NCBI GenBank assembly: GCA_040285745.1 | Contig: JAUFOR010000002.1 | Location: 1,550,001-1,614,000, forward strand | DNA from: Barthelona sp. PCE | Lineage: Eukaryota | Direction of reading: 5' to 3' | Length of the DNA: 64,000 nucleotides | Part shown: piece by piece, positions 39,327 through 48,585 of the stretch | How the letters are laid out: each line of letters starts with the position of its first letter | How positions within the stretch are numbered: position 1 is the first letter of the stretch | The notes under the pieces: generated by a model | Seen by the model: only the letters and a program-made list of their open reading frames with translations | What the model was told of the DNA's origin: nothing | Databases searched by the model: none | Translations under genes and position numbers: made by a program

Positions 39327-40436
39327 CTAATCAAGACCCAGAATCTCACGCTCGACATCATCGAGGTTGTCAAGTGATACAACACCGAGCTCCTCATCCT
39401 TTGGAACGTAATTGGGATCGTCTTCAATAACAACGCGAACTGGTCCAGGTTCCTTTTTCTCATCGATCATGATCAGTTCCAGAGCCTCATCACACATACG
39501 CACAGTGTCGCTGTCAGGATTCTGTTTCTTGATCTCTCGAATTATAGCAGGAACAGCTTTGATTGTAAGTGCAGTTCGGATTATTGGATCGGCAGACAAG
39601 CAAATGATAGCGCTGATCATATGTTGAATGACATGAAGAGACTTTGAACTACTTTCTACTTCACTGATTTTGGAACGAGCTCGAGGTAACATCATTTCCA
39701 GTTCATCATTAGTGTAAACTTGGCCCGGACTAGTTAATGCGAGAACAAGCTCATCACCATTGTTCAGTAAACGCTCAAAACACACAGTGCGATATAAAGG
39801 ATCAATGGCCATGTTTCGGACAATTCCGGCGAGCGACACCTTTCGCAAATCACCACCCCTGTGCCAGTGCGCAGCCATATGTTTCATGAGAATGGGCGTT
39901 ACACCGAGGGCCTGTCTGCCGAGTGTTGTTGAAGTAACGGTGTTGAAAAGAGCCATACAATAATCAAGAGGGTGTGTGTCGTCGTTGGATTCATCCAATC
40001 CTTTGACCTTTGAACATAGTGACCAGTATCTAAGGAGGGTTTTCTTGTTGGCAAAGAACTGTTGGGCCGATGGGAGCTGACACATGTTAGAAAGAACCAT
40101 TGATCCGACTAATACGATGCGCCCAAACTTATAATCAACAATAAATTGAAATACTTTGGGTGTGAGTGGTGCAATGAATCTGAGAGAATCATCATCTTGT
40201 GTAAAATTAAGGAGCAATTGCATAAAAACTCGCCCACTATCTTCAAAGTCATTGTGCAATTGTAATCTACTGAACAAGCCGTCTAATGCAGCATACATCT
40301 CAGGTGTAGCCAAACTAATTCGGTTTGTTTGTGAAGTGCAGTGAGAAAGCAAACCTTGCAGCATGGAAACTGCAATGCTAATATCTTGGGCAGTCAAAAA
40401 CCTTACGATGTCTGTGGTTGAAACCTGTTCTGTCAT
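39327..40436 (-). CDS. HGH1: HGH1-like eEF2 chaperone (ARM repeats)
   Basis: VLSN, GIVRNMAID, YTNDELEMMLP, R..L....VPAIIREI, LIMIDE. Confidence 0.75.
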   Translation of the reverse strand: MTEQVSTTDIVRFLTAQDISIAVSMLQGLLSHCTSQTNRISLATPEMYAALDGLFSRLQLHNDFEDSGRVFMQLLLNFTQDDDSLRFIAPLTPKVFQFIVDYKFGRIVLVGSMVLSNMCQLPSAQQFFANKKTLLRYWSLCSKVKGLDESNDDTHPLDYCMALFNTVTSTTLGRQALGVTPILMKHMAAHWHRGGDLRKVSLAGIVRNMAIDPLYRTVCFERLLNNGDELVLALTSPGQVYTNDELEMMLPRARSKISEVESSSKSLHVIQHMISAIICLSADPIIRTALTIKAVPAIIREIKKQNPDSDTVRMCDEALELIMIDEKKEPGPVRVVIEDDPNYVPKDEELGVVSLDNLDDVEREILGLD

Positions 40437-40544
40437 AAAAAAGTTATTGAAAGAGGTGTAAATCGAAAACCGCAATTACAGTTCGTTTATGATTTTGTAC
40501 CCTTTTACATCTTCACAAGAACGGTAAATTGTCCGTTTTACATC

Positions 40545-41276
40545 ATGCAGAGGTTTCGTATTAAGCATATTGCAACTAGCACATTTTTTCTTTCATTATA
40601 TTCACAATTTCTTTTTTATATTTTTATTTTTCGGTTTTACTTGGGTGATTTGTGGATGAAAGTTTTGTCAAGAACAGTGGATGATATGTATGTTTTTATT
40701 GGATTTGTATTCATTGTCTTATTCAGCCTTTTGAAGTTTTCTACTGTTGAAATTTTTATCCACAATACGTTTCAAAGCGCAAACCTACTTCTACTACTGG
40801 GAATTAGTATTAAAAGACCGTTATTCACAATTTTTGCAGTTGTGTTTTTCCTTTTCTTTAATTTTCTCTTTGTTCCCGATTCACCAGCCATTAAATTGCC
40901 TAAAAATTTTCATAAGATTTTCACAATAGATGATTACCTGAACTTCCTTGATCAAAAGTCAAAAAAATCTGTCTTGGTCTTTTTTAATAGATCAATAATA
41001 GAAAGCATACTCAGTGAAGCTTTTATTTTTGAACGACTGTTAAAGTTATCTGATGAGGTTGATATTGGTATCATTAATTGTGATTTATTACCCCATATAT
41101 GTGATGAACATAGTGTTAAAAAAATGTCCCATTTTCATGAAATTCCAAGTATTCTTATTCAGCAAAAGTTAAAGGTCACACAGAGGTTACCAGATAAAAG
41201 TAATTTTAGTTACAAACCAGACAAATTTAGAAAGTATCTTAATTCGTTAGATGATTTGTTGGCTAGCGTTGAATAA
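40545..41276 (+). CDS. TM plus degenerate thioredoxin-fold protein (TMX2-like)
   Basis: N-terminal TM segments. C-terminal GIINCD...IPSIL...RLP lacks CxxC. Confidence 0.55.
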   Translation: MQRFRIKHIATSTFFLSLYSQFLFYIFIFRFYLGDLWMKVLSRTVDDMYVFIGFVFIVLFSLLKFSTVEIFIHNTFQSANLLLLLGISIKRPLFTIFAVVFFLFFNFLFVPDSPAIKLPKNFHKIFTIDDYLNFLDQKSKKSVLVFFNRSIIESILSEAFIFERLLKLSDEVDIGIINCDLLPHICDEHSVKKMSHFHEIPSILIQQKLKVTQRLPDKSNFSYKPDKFRKYLNSLDDLLASVE

Positions 41277-41287
41277 AGTGATCATAG

Positions 41288-42160
41288 TTATAGTTTACTG
41301 CCAAATTCCAGTTGAATTACTTCCAAGAGTCGTTCAAAACCTGTTTGATAAACTGAATGAGGTAACCTTCGCTTAGCTGTGTCCAAAAATCGAAAATAAT
41401 CATTGTGGCAATCATGAAGCAAAAAAGGGTTACTATCACAGAAGTTTAAGACGTTTTTGACTAGAAGTTCAACGTTTTCTATTGATATTTGATGAATTAA
41501 TCGTTGATAAATGCTCAATGCTAATTGTAAATCTTTTGAATTTAACTCATTAAGTAATTCCCATAACTGATCATGTTTTAACATCGATTCGTCACACAAT
41601 GTGAAAAAAAGAAGAACAAATCCATAACTTTGTGATCCTTGATGACTGAACAAAGAAAAAAAATGTTTCTTAACGTCTTCTTCTGATATAATCAGTTTCA
41701 AAAGCAATTTAATATAAGTTTTGAACTTAACAAATATTAAATATAATAGCTCAAATAATTTTTCATTGCGATTTTTAACAAAAAATAATTCTTTTAGACA
41801 AACCTCACAAAATTCTTGTTTTTCGATACCTAAAAAGAATATGTTTAGTAATTCTACAGCTAATATTCGAAATGAAGTGGAGCAGAAGAACCAATCAATC
41901 AAAAAAATGTATAAACGCCCTAAAATATGCCAAGAAGCTGTTTCATTGATGTTTCTTGAAACTATTTCAAAATTTAAAAACAAGGTCTCCAAATATTGCC
42001 CAAAAATGTAAGCATGGTCACCACCGCTAAGCGGTTTTTGTGTTCTACGATGAACAGAATCAAAAATGTTATATATAGTCATAAAACCATCATGATAAGA
42101 GCATTCATTGGCTGAAAACGCCTTCAACTGGTCCACATAAGGTTTAAAATCTATGTTCAT
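41288..42160 (-). CDS. Hypothetical helical protein
   Basis: 290-aa ATG-initiated ORF. Confidence 0.6.
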   Translation of the reverse strand: MNIDFKPYVDQLKAFSANECSYHDGFMTIYNIFDSVHRRTQKPLSGGDHAYIFGQYLETLFLNFEIVSRNINETASWHILGRLYIFLIDWFFCSTSFRILAVELLNIFFLGIEKQEFCEVCLKELFFVKNRNEKLFELLYLIFVKFKTYIKLLLKLIISEEDVKKHFFSLFSHQGSQSYGFVLLFFTLCDESMLKHDQLWELLNELNSKDLQLALSIYQRLIHQISIENVELLVKNVLNFCDSNPFLLHDCHNDYFRFLDTAKRRLPHSVYQTGFERLLEVIQLEFGSKL

Positions 42161-42185
42161 GCTTTTAAGGGTTGTAATAATAATT

Positions 42186-43481
42186 ATGACTTCTTCTCAA
42201 GAGGGTGAGGGTAAAACCCACTCAAGCACGATAAATGTCGCGGAATTCACCGCAAAGAACATTAGATCGATTAAAACATTGAGATCCAATGTATTGGATA
42301 TGCGAGGCAGTCGTAGGGCAATGCAGATGCTTCCTCCTTTTATGAGAAGGCGTCAGGCTACACATAACCCATACAGGGTTCCCAGAAGACTTCGCGAGAA
42401 AGCTAAATGGGAAAATTCTAAGTCACCACCAGGACCTAAGCGTATTCGATCCTTTAGACGCAAGAAACGCAACTTAGAGAGAAGCAGAAAGGCAGCTATC
42501 GATGGGAAATGGACACAACTTCATGTTTATCATGCAAAACGCTTTAAGCAGTGCAAACTGGAGAATAGCGACTTAATTCTACCATATTCACCCACCCAGA
42601 AATGTGGCAGATGGTTTCTTCGATGCATGCGTCATCAAAGCGTCATGTTTGATATGTCACATTATAGATTGTTTTTAGTTGAGGAGGAACAACAGAATTT
42701 CGGAAGTTTTGAGCGCAAATGCGATGAATCAACAGATTTCTGGGATGTTTTCAAGTTCGGGAAGTATGTTTTAGCACCGATATTTTTGATTGAACGGATC
42801 GCTTCTCCTATAAGATGTCTTCCTTTTGCACCATTTTTTGTTGCGGGAAGACAGAGCCTCTCTGATCTTGGGGAAGTCTTTGGTATTGGTGACAGTAGAT
42901 CTTATGGTGAATTCAAGGAAGGTGTTTATTGTTTTGATTTTGAAGATTTTCGTGTTAATGATGAGATATCAACAAGATGGAATCCTCAATTACTAACAAA
43001 AGATTGCGATTTGGGGGTTTTTAACGATTTTTTAACGGAAAAGGATATGAGTCTGCTTAAGTCAGAAAAAATCCTTGATCAAAAGAACCAATTTGTTTCA
43101 AAAGGTATTTTCCTCAACACAGATGCAGTTTACAGTCCGGAAATCAACTCAATGGGTGCATTTTTCCTTGTGCCAGATACAATATATCCTTTTATGTGGA
43201 GAAAACTTGAGCTACATGTGCGTCCTTTTGGTCTTTTCGAATGGTTTCATTTAAAACTTGAATTGGGTGTGCTTCCTCCGCTGGATATCATCAAGGTCGT
43301 ACTGGAGCGTTCAAAAAAGAAACTCCCATGTGACTTTGAGGAAGCCGAATGGGAAATCGTGGTTTCTCGTAAACAGTGGAGGGAACAGTGTTCTAATCTG
43401 TACAGTGTTTACTCAGCATTTTCGTTTGTTAGCAATTCCAAGTTATATTTGGCTGTAAGACGAAATAATGATGAGAAATGA
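42186..43481 (+). CDS. POP1: RNase P/MRP subunit Pop1 (compact)
   Basis: QMLPPFMRRRQATHNPYRVP (R-box), WTQLHVYHAKRF (W-box), DMSHY. Confidence 0.85.
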   Translation: MTSSQEGEGKTHSSTINVAEFTAKNIRSIKTLRSNVLDMRGSRRAMQMLPPFMRRRQATHNPYRVPRRLREKAKWENSKSPPGPKRIRSFRRKKRNLERSRKAAIDGKWTQLHVYHAKRFKQCKLENSDLILPYSPTQKCGRWFLRCMRHQSVMFDMSHYRLFLVEEEQQNFGSFERKCDESTDFWDVFKFGKYVLAPIFLIERIASPIRCLPFAPFFVAGRQSLSDLGEVFGIGDSRSYGEFKEGVYCFDFEDFRVNDEISTRWNPQLLTKDCDLGVFNDFLTEKDMSLLKSEKILDQKNQFVSKGIFLNTDAVYSPEINSMGAFFLVPDTIYPFMWRKLELHVRPFGLFEWFHLKLELGVLPPLDIIKVVLERSKKKLPCDFEEAEWEIVVSRKQWREQCSNLYSVYSAFSFVSNSKLYLAVRRNNDEK

Positions 43482-43517
43482 TAATCTACAGCTGCATTTC
43501 AATTTTTTACTTTCTTG

Positions 43518-44894
43518 ATGACTGAACCGACCCCTCCTACCGAATTCGACGACACGACCACGGACAGAAGCACTAGAAGCGCAAATTCAATAATTGAGGA
43601 TTTTCCAGAGTTTTTGGTGGATGATATTACGTTAGATCGTTTAGGTCGGCAGGAAATCAAGGTTGTGAGTTCCCTGAGCGACATTCTCCTGTGCATTCGT
43701 CGAAAATTTACAAAAAAATGCTCGTTAGAAGGGCATCATTTTGCTTGCTGTTTACATCTCAATGCTCATACAGCTCTGTTCCTCGAAACACTCATTCAGT
43801 GCAAGTGTAAGGTTGCAGTGGTGGCAGCGTCACAATTAACTGTTCAGAATCATGTTGCTGCAGCGATGGCTTCTGCTGGAATTCGTGTTTACGGCAGCAC
43901 TGCAATGACAACTAGTCAGTTGCACGCATGCTACGAACTGGTGTGCTCATGGGAACCCACATTCATTTTAGACGAGTTTGGCGAGTTCTTGCAGTACTTC
44001 TACAGGAATCACATGGATCGTCTTCGTCATTTGAAGATTGTCTACACTCTTAGCAGCTCCGCATTCCACTTCTTGAACCGCATACAGGGTAGTCAGGGGT
44101 ATTTTGCAGTACCAATCGTCAATATAAACTCGGTTGAAGCATTTCGTCTCGCGCAAGTTAATGACACCCTGACAGCAACGGCAGTTATAATCAAAATGTG
44201 TGGATTTGTGCTTCCTGGGAGCGAAGTCTGTATAAATGGTTTTGATGAGGTTGGCTGTGAGTTAGCTCGGCAATTCTCGCGAACAGGAGCACATATAACT
44301 GTTGTAGAGACAGACCCACGGTATGTTCTCAATGCAGTGTTCAATGGATATACGGTGGGTCAGTTCCACACGCTTTCAAAGAAGGCAGATATAATTCTTT
44401 TCACAGAACCGGTACTCACACCTATGACAAGTAAGATCTTTAAACATCTTAAGAACGGATGTCTCGTGGTGAACGTGAGCAATTATTCGTTGTGTTCATG
44501 TCTTCCTAGTCTGAAGCATATCAACTGCAACTGGCTCGATCTTCAGCCTAATATTCAAGCTATAGTGGATCGATCTAGTTCGTCAACCAGAAGGGTTTTT
44601 ACTGTCAACAAGGGTCGGCCATGTCTGCATCTATTCCATAATGTCAGTTTTCGGACTGAAACTATAAAATTCGGTATAATTTCGAGTTGTATACTGGAGA
44701 ATTTCTCTTCTAACCCAAAGTTTGGTTTGAGTTTCGCTCATTTGCACCCTGGTGGTGTTCAAAACCAGGGTGGGGAAATTATGAATGTGTCACCAAGCGC
44801 GGAATTGCTGTTTTGCAGTTTGGTAGTTGAAGGACTTGGCGTAAGGATGGATCATGATAAGCAAAGGTTAATATACAATCAATCATATCAATAA
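43518..44894 (+). CDS. Adenosylhomocysteinase-like protein, catalytically degenerate
   Basis: GRQEI, CCLHL..HTALFLETL, QNHVAAAMA, VVETDP, LKNGCLVVN, GRPCL. Confidence 0.85.
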   Translation: MTEPTPPTEFDDTTTDRSTRSANSIIEDFPEFLVDDITLDRLGRQEIKVVSSLSDILLCIRRKFTKKCSLEGHHFACCLHLNAHTALFLETLIQCKCKVAVVAASQLTVQNHVAAAMASAGIRVYGSTAMTTSQLHACYELVCSWEPTFILDEFGEFLQYFYRNHMDRLRHLKIVYTLSSSAFHFLNRIQGSQGYFAVPIVNINSVEAFRLAQVNDTLTATAVIIKMCGFVLPGSEVCINGFDEVGCELARQFSRTGAHITVVETDPRYVLNAVFNGYTVGQFHTLSKKADIILFTEPVLTPMTSKIFKHLKNGCLVVNVSNYSLCSCLPSLKHINCNWLDLQPNIQAIVDRSSSSTRRVFTVNKGRPCLHLFHNVSFRTETIKFGIISSCILENFSSNPKFGLSFAHLHPGGVQNQGGEIMNVSPSAELLFCSLVVEGLGVRMDHDKQRLIYNQSYQ

Positions 44895-44928
44895 ATGCAC
44901 CAAATTTACAAAAGAAAAGAGAAAAGCA

Positions 44929-45507
44929 CTAATTTGTTGTTGCGATGGGAATACCACTGATAAAGGCATCAAAGGCTTCCTCCTTTGGTAGAATGTTCTC
45001 AAACACGTAATCAAACAGACCAGGCTCATTCTCTAAAGCATCAAATTCAATTTTGGCGGTGTTAAGACGATTCTGTAATGTTCTGTATGTTTCGCTACCT
45101 CGGTTGTTGATACGGTCAACTAGAATCTCAACAGGGGCCGTTACGAATATATAAAAGAGCTTATAGTTGGTCTGATGTAATGAACGAACACCCTGAACAT
45201 CTACATCGAAAATGATCGTCTTACCAGAGGCAATAACATCATCAACTGCACGAAATGTGGTTCCGTAATGGTTGCCATGTACTACGGCAGTCTCAATGAA
45301 AGAATCGGCATTTTCAAGAAGTGTAAATTGACTCATATTCACAAAATGATAATCTTTATGATTCTCTTCGTAATGTCTGATTGGTCTGGTAGTGTGGCTG
45401 ATAGAAAAAGCAAAGAAATCATACACTTCCATGAGTTGCTTGATGAGTGTCGATTTACCGACACCACTGGGCCCCACGAATACTATACCTTGATAATCGT
45501 TCTGCAT
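44929..45507 (-). CDS. GUK1: Guanylate kinase
   Basis: GPSGVGKST, SHTTR, DYHFV, HGNHYGT, DVDVQG, RGSET. Confidence 0.93.
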   Translation of the reverse strand: MQNDYQGIVFVGPSGVGKSTLIKQLMEVYDFFAFSISHTTRPIRHYEENHKDYHFVNMSQFTLLENADSFIETAVVHGNHYGTTFRAVDDVIASGKTIIFDVDVQGVRSLHQTNYKLFYIFVTAPVEILVDRINNRGSETYRTLQNRLNTAKIEFDALENEPGLFDYVFENILPKEEAFDAFISGIPIATTN

Positions 45508-45818
45508 TGTTGTGCGAGATGTGATTTTGAAAGTGAATGAGCTTTATAGAGGTGAGTTATGATAAACCATAGTGATTCACATGTTTTCAGTGCTCCATTG
45601 GCGATTTCAGAGCATATCATCTATTACCAGTCGCATTATGATGTAATATTTATCTTAAGACCACCTACAACAAGCATCTCCTCAGAATTTTTATTCTCAA
45701 AATATTTGCCCTTGTTCTTGGAAAAATTGATGAGAAAATGCACCATTGGGCTGGAAAATGATGCCCATTGTCCATAATTATGCACTATCAGTAAGCAATT
45801 TTTGTTAATGTAATGATT

Positions 45819-47231
45819 TTACTCAATGTTTTGCGCTCCGCGAATCTTTTCCATCTCAGTGTCAAGTCCATTTAACACCATTCCCATCTCACGAATATGA
45901 TTTGAAAATGTGTCAATGAAATTATCGACCTTTGTCTCCAAAATATTGTATCTAACATTTTGATCCTCTCTCAAGATTAACATCTCCTTTTCTACAGCGT
46001 TCTCGACTGTTTTATCGATGATATTGAGGATCTCAATCTCTTGACTGTCAACATGGAGCTTCATATCCGAGAAATTCTGCTGTACTTCAGCTATTGATGT
46101 GTTAATGTGGGTCTTATGGCGCTCCATAGCATCAAAGGAAGCCTGCTTATGCCCCCTTATGGTCTTTAACACTTCCAATTGTACATTTTGAATGTCCGAC
46201 TTTAAACCGTTGATCCTCCGGTTCAACACAACCATCTCAAGGCTTTGCTCCTTCTTATCCTCCTCCTCTTCCGCATCGGGTAGCAAAGGGTCAAGTATGT
46301 GATCAAGAAGTACCAAGTCGCTGTCTCCGCGTATCTCCTTACGATGGTCTAATCCTCCAATGGCAATAAGATAACCTCCAACAACAGTCAATGAGAACAA
46401 GAAGCGCTCTTGCAGCAGCTCTGAAGTACACTTCCATGTATCAAGAAGAGTATTATAAACATAGAGCCTCTTATCAGGAACATTGTTAACGACACCACCA
46501 CCAATAATAATATATTCATTGAAGACAGTCATGGCTTGTCCGAAGCGTGCCATGGGACCGTTGTCCATCGCTATGCGAGACCATACTCTCTCGTTGATAT
46601 CAAACTTCCAGAAATCATCGTAATCACCCGTTAAACCTCGACCGCCGTACAAAAACAAGGAATCACCAACGCAGGCGAGGGTTGCATGGCTTCTACGGGA
46701 TGGTTTAAGACCAGACTTGATATCTATCATGCTCCAAACATTTGTATGCAAATCAAAAACATAAAATTCATGAAGTTTCTCCCCTGCATTGTTTAAACCA
46801 CCAAACACATACATTTTGTCCTTGTGGATACAAGCAGTGTGGAACGCACGGGGTGTTGGGGTGTTGGAGGTATTGAGTTTGCTCCAAGATGTGAAGCTTG
46901 GTGAATAACTATAGACTGCATTTGTCATAGTCCTGCTTGTTGCTCCGCCGAACGTTACAAGTCTGCCGTCGAACTCCACCATTGAACAATTTTCGAGTGG
47001 TGCAATAGCAGTTTTAGTTTCGATTAATTCATAATCTGCGTAATTCACAGAATAGGAAAGCTGAGCAGAAACACCCGTGACAGTTACACCCCCAAAAACG
47101 TATAAAGTTGTACCAATATTGCTTGCACAATGACCATATCGCAAAGTTTGTGGCAACGACTGTATCGCATGTTGTTTATGTGATTTTTTAGGTTTTGGGC
47201 TCCTAAGAGTACTTGGAATGGAACTATACAT
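45819..47231 (-). CDS. Kelch-repeat protein with C-terminal coiled coil
   Basis: Six GG-containing kelch repeats (YVFGG, TFGG, YVFGG, LYGG, IGGG, IGG). Confidence 0.85.
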   Translation of the reverse strand: MYSSIPSTLRSPKPKKSHKQHAIQSLPQTLRYGHCASNIGTTLYVFGGVTVTGVSAQLSYSVNYADYELIETKTAIAPLENCSMVEFDGRLVTFGGATSRTMTNAVYSYSPSFTSWSKLNTSNTPTPRAFHTACIHKDKMYVFGGLNNAGEKLHEFYVFDLHTNVWSMIDIKSGLKPSRRSHATLACVGDSLFLYGGRGLTGDYDDFWKFDINERVWSRIAMDNGPMARFGQAMTVFNEYIIIGGGVVNNVPDKRLYVYNTLLDTWKCTSELLQERFLFSLTVVGGYLIAIGGLDHRKEIRGDSDLVLLDHILDPLLPDAEEEEDKKEQSLEMVVLNRRINGLKSDIQNVQLEVLKTIRGHKQASFDAMERHKTHINTSIAEVQQNFSDMKLHVDSQEIEILNIIDKTVENAVEKEMLILREDQNVRYNILETKVDNFIDTFSNHIREMGMVLNGLDTEMEKIRGAQNIE

Positions 47232-47349
47232 ATTAGTTGCAACCAAATGAACGGAAATACAAAAAAACAGAATGCTTTAGAGGTATAGAAATAATAGTGA
47301 ACGTTAGAGAGATTTAGTGCCGATTAAAGTCCATAATTTTTTGTACAAA

Positions 47350-47556
47350 ATGTTTCGCGGCATTGAATACGCATCTATTTTTGTTTTTTACTTCTTGAAC
47401 ATTTTTGTAGCATTTTTGTGGTGTAATAGTTTATTACTAAGGAGACACCCGTATTTTTTTGACAGATCATTTCAGTATGTATGATTTGTTGTAGTTCAGT
47501 TTATCACATCATACAGTGTTTTATGGTGTAATTATTCCAAGTACACTGACAATTAA
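47350..47556 (+). CDS. Candidate spliced microprotein (~54 aa, one TM); intron 47475-47516
   Basis: ATG ORF with a hydrophobic segment. The 42-nt GTATGT...TCACATCATACAG intron removes a stop. Confidence 0.4.
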
Positions 47557-47757
47557 GTACCTTAAGCCTGAAACTGTTGATTTTTAAGAATGAAATGGAA
47601 AAGTTCTAAATTTATTCTTCAAATAAAAAGATATTGTTGTCTATGTGTGAAAATTTATGCTTGAAGTGCAGTTAAACGGTCCTCTATGGAAGGAATTCTT
47701 AATAAAAAGCTTGTTAAAGCGTTTATTACCTTATTCAGCGTTGGACTCTTATTTTCG

Positions 47758-48558
47758 ATGCCAGCAAAGCAGAAAGAGGTCTACACAATTGTACAAAGCA
47801 CCGAGGAACTTGAGAATGAGCTGAAAACACCAGGTCATCTTTGTTTCGTTGAGGTATATGCTGAATGGGCAGGCAGGTGTGAAGCTGTAGTTCCATTGCT
47901 CCAACAGTTCGTGGTTACATACTTTTCCAACCCAGTGAAGTTTATCTTGGCAAAAGACATCTTTTTAGAGGATGTTGCTAGGGATGATTCATGTCCTTTA
48001 TTCAGATTTTACCTTAGCGGTCAGCTAACCACCTTCATTAGAGGTGTAGATGCTCCCAAGATCAGAGAAGTCTTTGCAGACTTGGTTCCAGAACCCATCA
48101 AGCCGGAAAGTCCTTCACCAGAACCAGAAGCTGAAGCTGAACCAGAGCCCGTTGTATCAGAAGTTCCAGTGGAAGAGGAGAAGGTTGGTGAAGAGGGAGA
48201 ACAGCCTGAAATTGAAGAGGAATCCGCAGAAACAGTTGAAGAAGAAGAAGAAAAAGTGAGTGATTCATCTTCACAAGCAGAAGCTATAGAAACAGTTCAG
48301 TCTGAGAAGACAGAATCAGAAAAGGCAGAATCAGAAAAGGCAGAATCCGAGAAGGCAGAATCCGAGAAGGCAGAATCAGAAAAAGCTGAGTCAGTTCACG
48401 ATATGAGTGAGCCTGAGGAGGTTGAAAGTCCGAAGGAGGACGAGAAAGAGGAGAAGAAGGGATTCTTTGAAACCATTGTTGATGAGGTAAAGGATGAAGC
48501 AACCGAAGAGAAGAAGGACATTGATAATACCGTTGATAATTTATTGGACTCTCTGTAG
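47758..48558 (+). CDS. Thioredoxin-fold protein (NME8/dynein light-chain thioredoxin-like) with acidic tail
   Basis: VEVYAEWAGRC, CPLFRFY..G....IRGVDAP. Confidence 0.75.
   Translation: MPAKQKEVYTIVQSTEELENELKTPGHLCFVEVYAEWAGRCEAVVPLLQQFVVTYFSNPVKFILAKDIFLEDVARDDSCPLFRFYLSGQLTTFIRGVDAPKIREVFADLVPEPIKPESPSPEPEAEAEPEPVVSEVPVEEEKVGEEGEQPEIEEESAETVEEEEEKVSDSSSQAEAIETVQSEKTESEKAESEKAESEKAESEKAESEKAESVHDMSEPEEVESPKEDEKEEKKGFFETIVDEVKDEATEEKKDIDNTVDNLLDSL
48301..48393 (+). repeat. Coding 15-nt tandem repeat, about 6 copies (SEKAE)
   Basis: tcagaaaaggcagaa / tccgagaaggcagaa units. Confidence 0.9.
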
Positions 48559-48585
48559 AACTATTAAAAAAGTGTAAATTTACTG

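Noticed and set aside
45585-45622. SECIS-like ATGA...AAA...TGA hairpin on the minus strand
   Set aside because: The helix is too short and the upstream kelch gene has no in-frame TGA.
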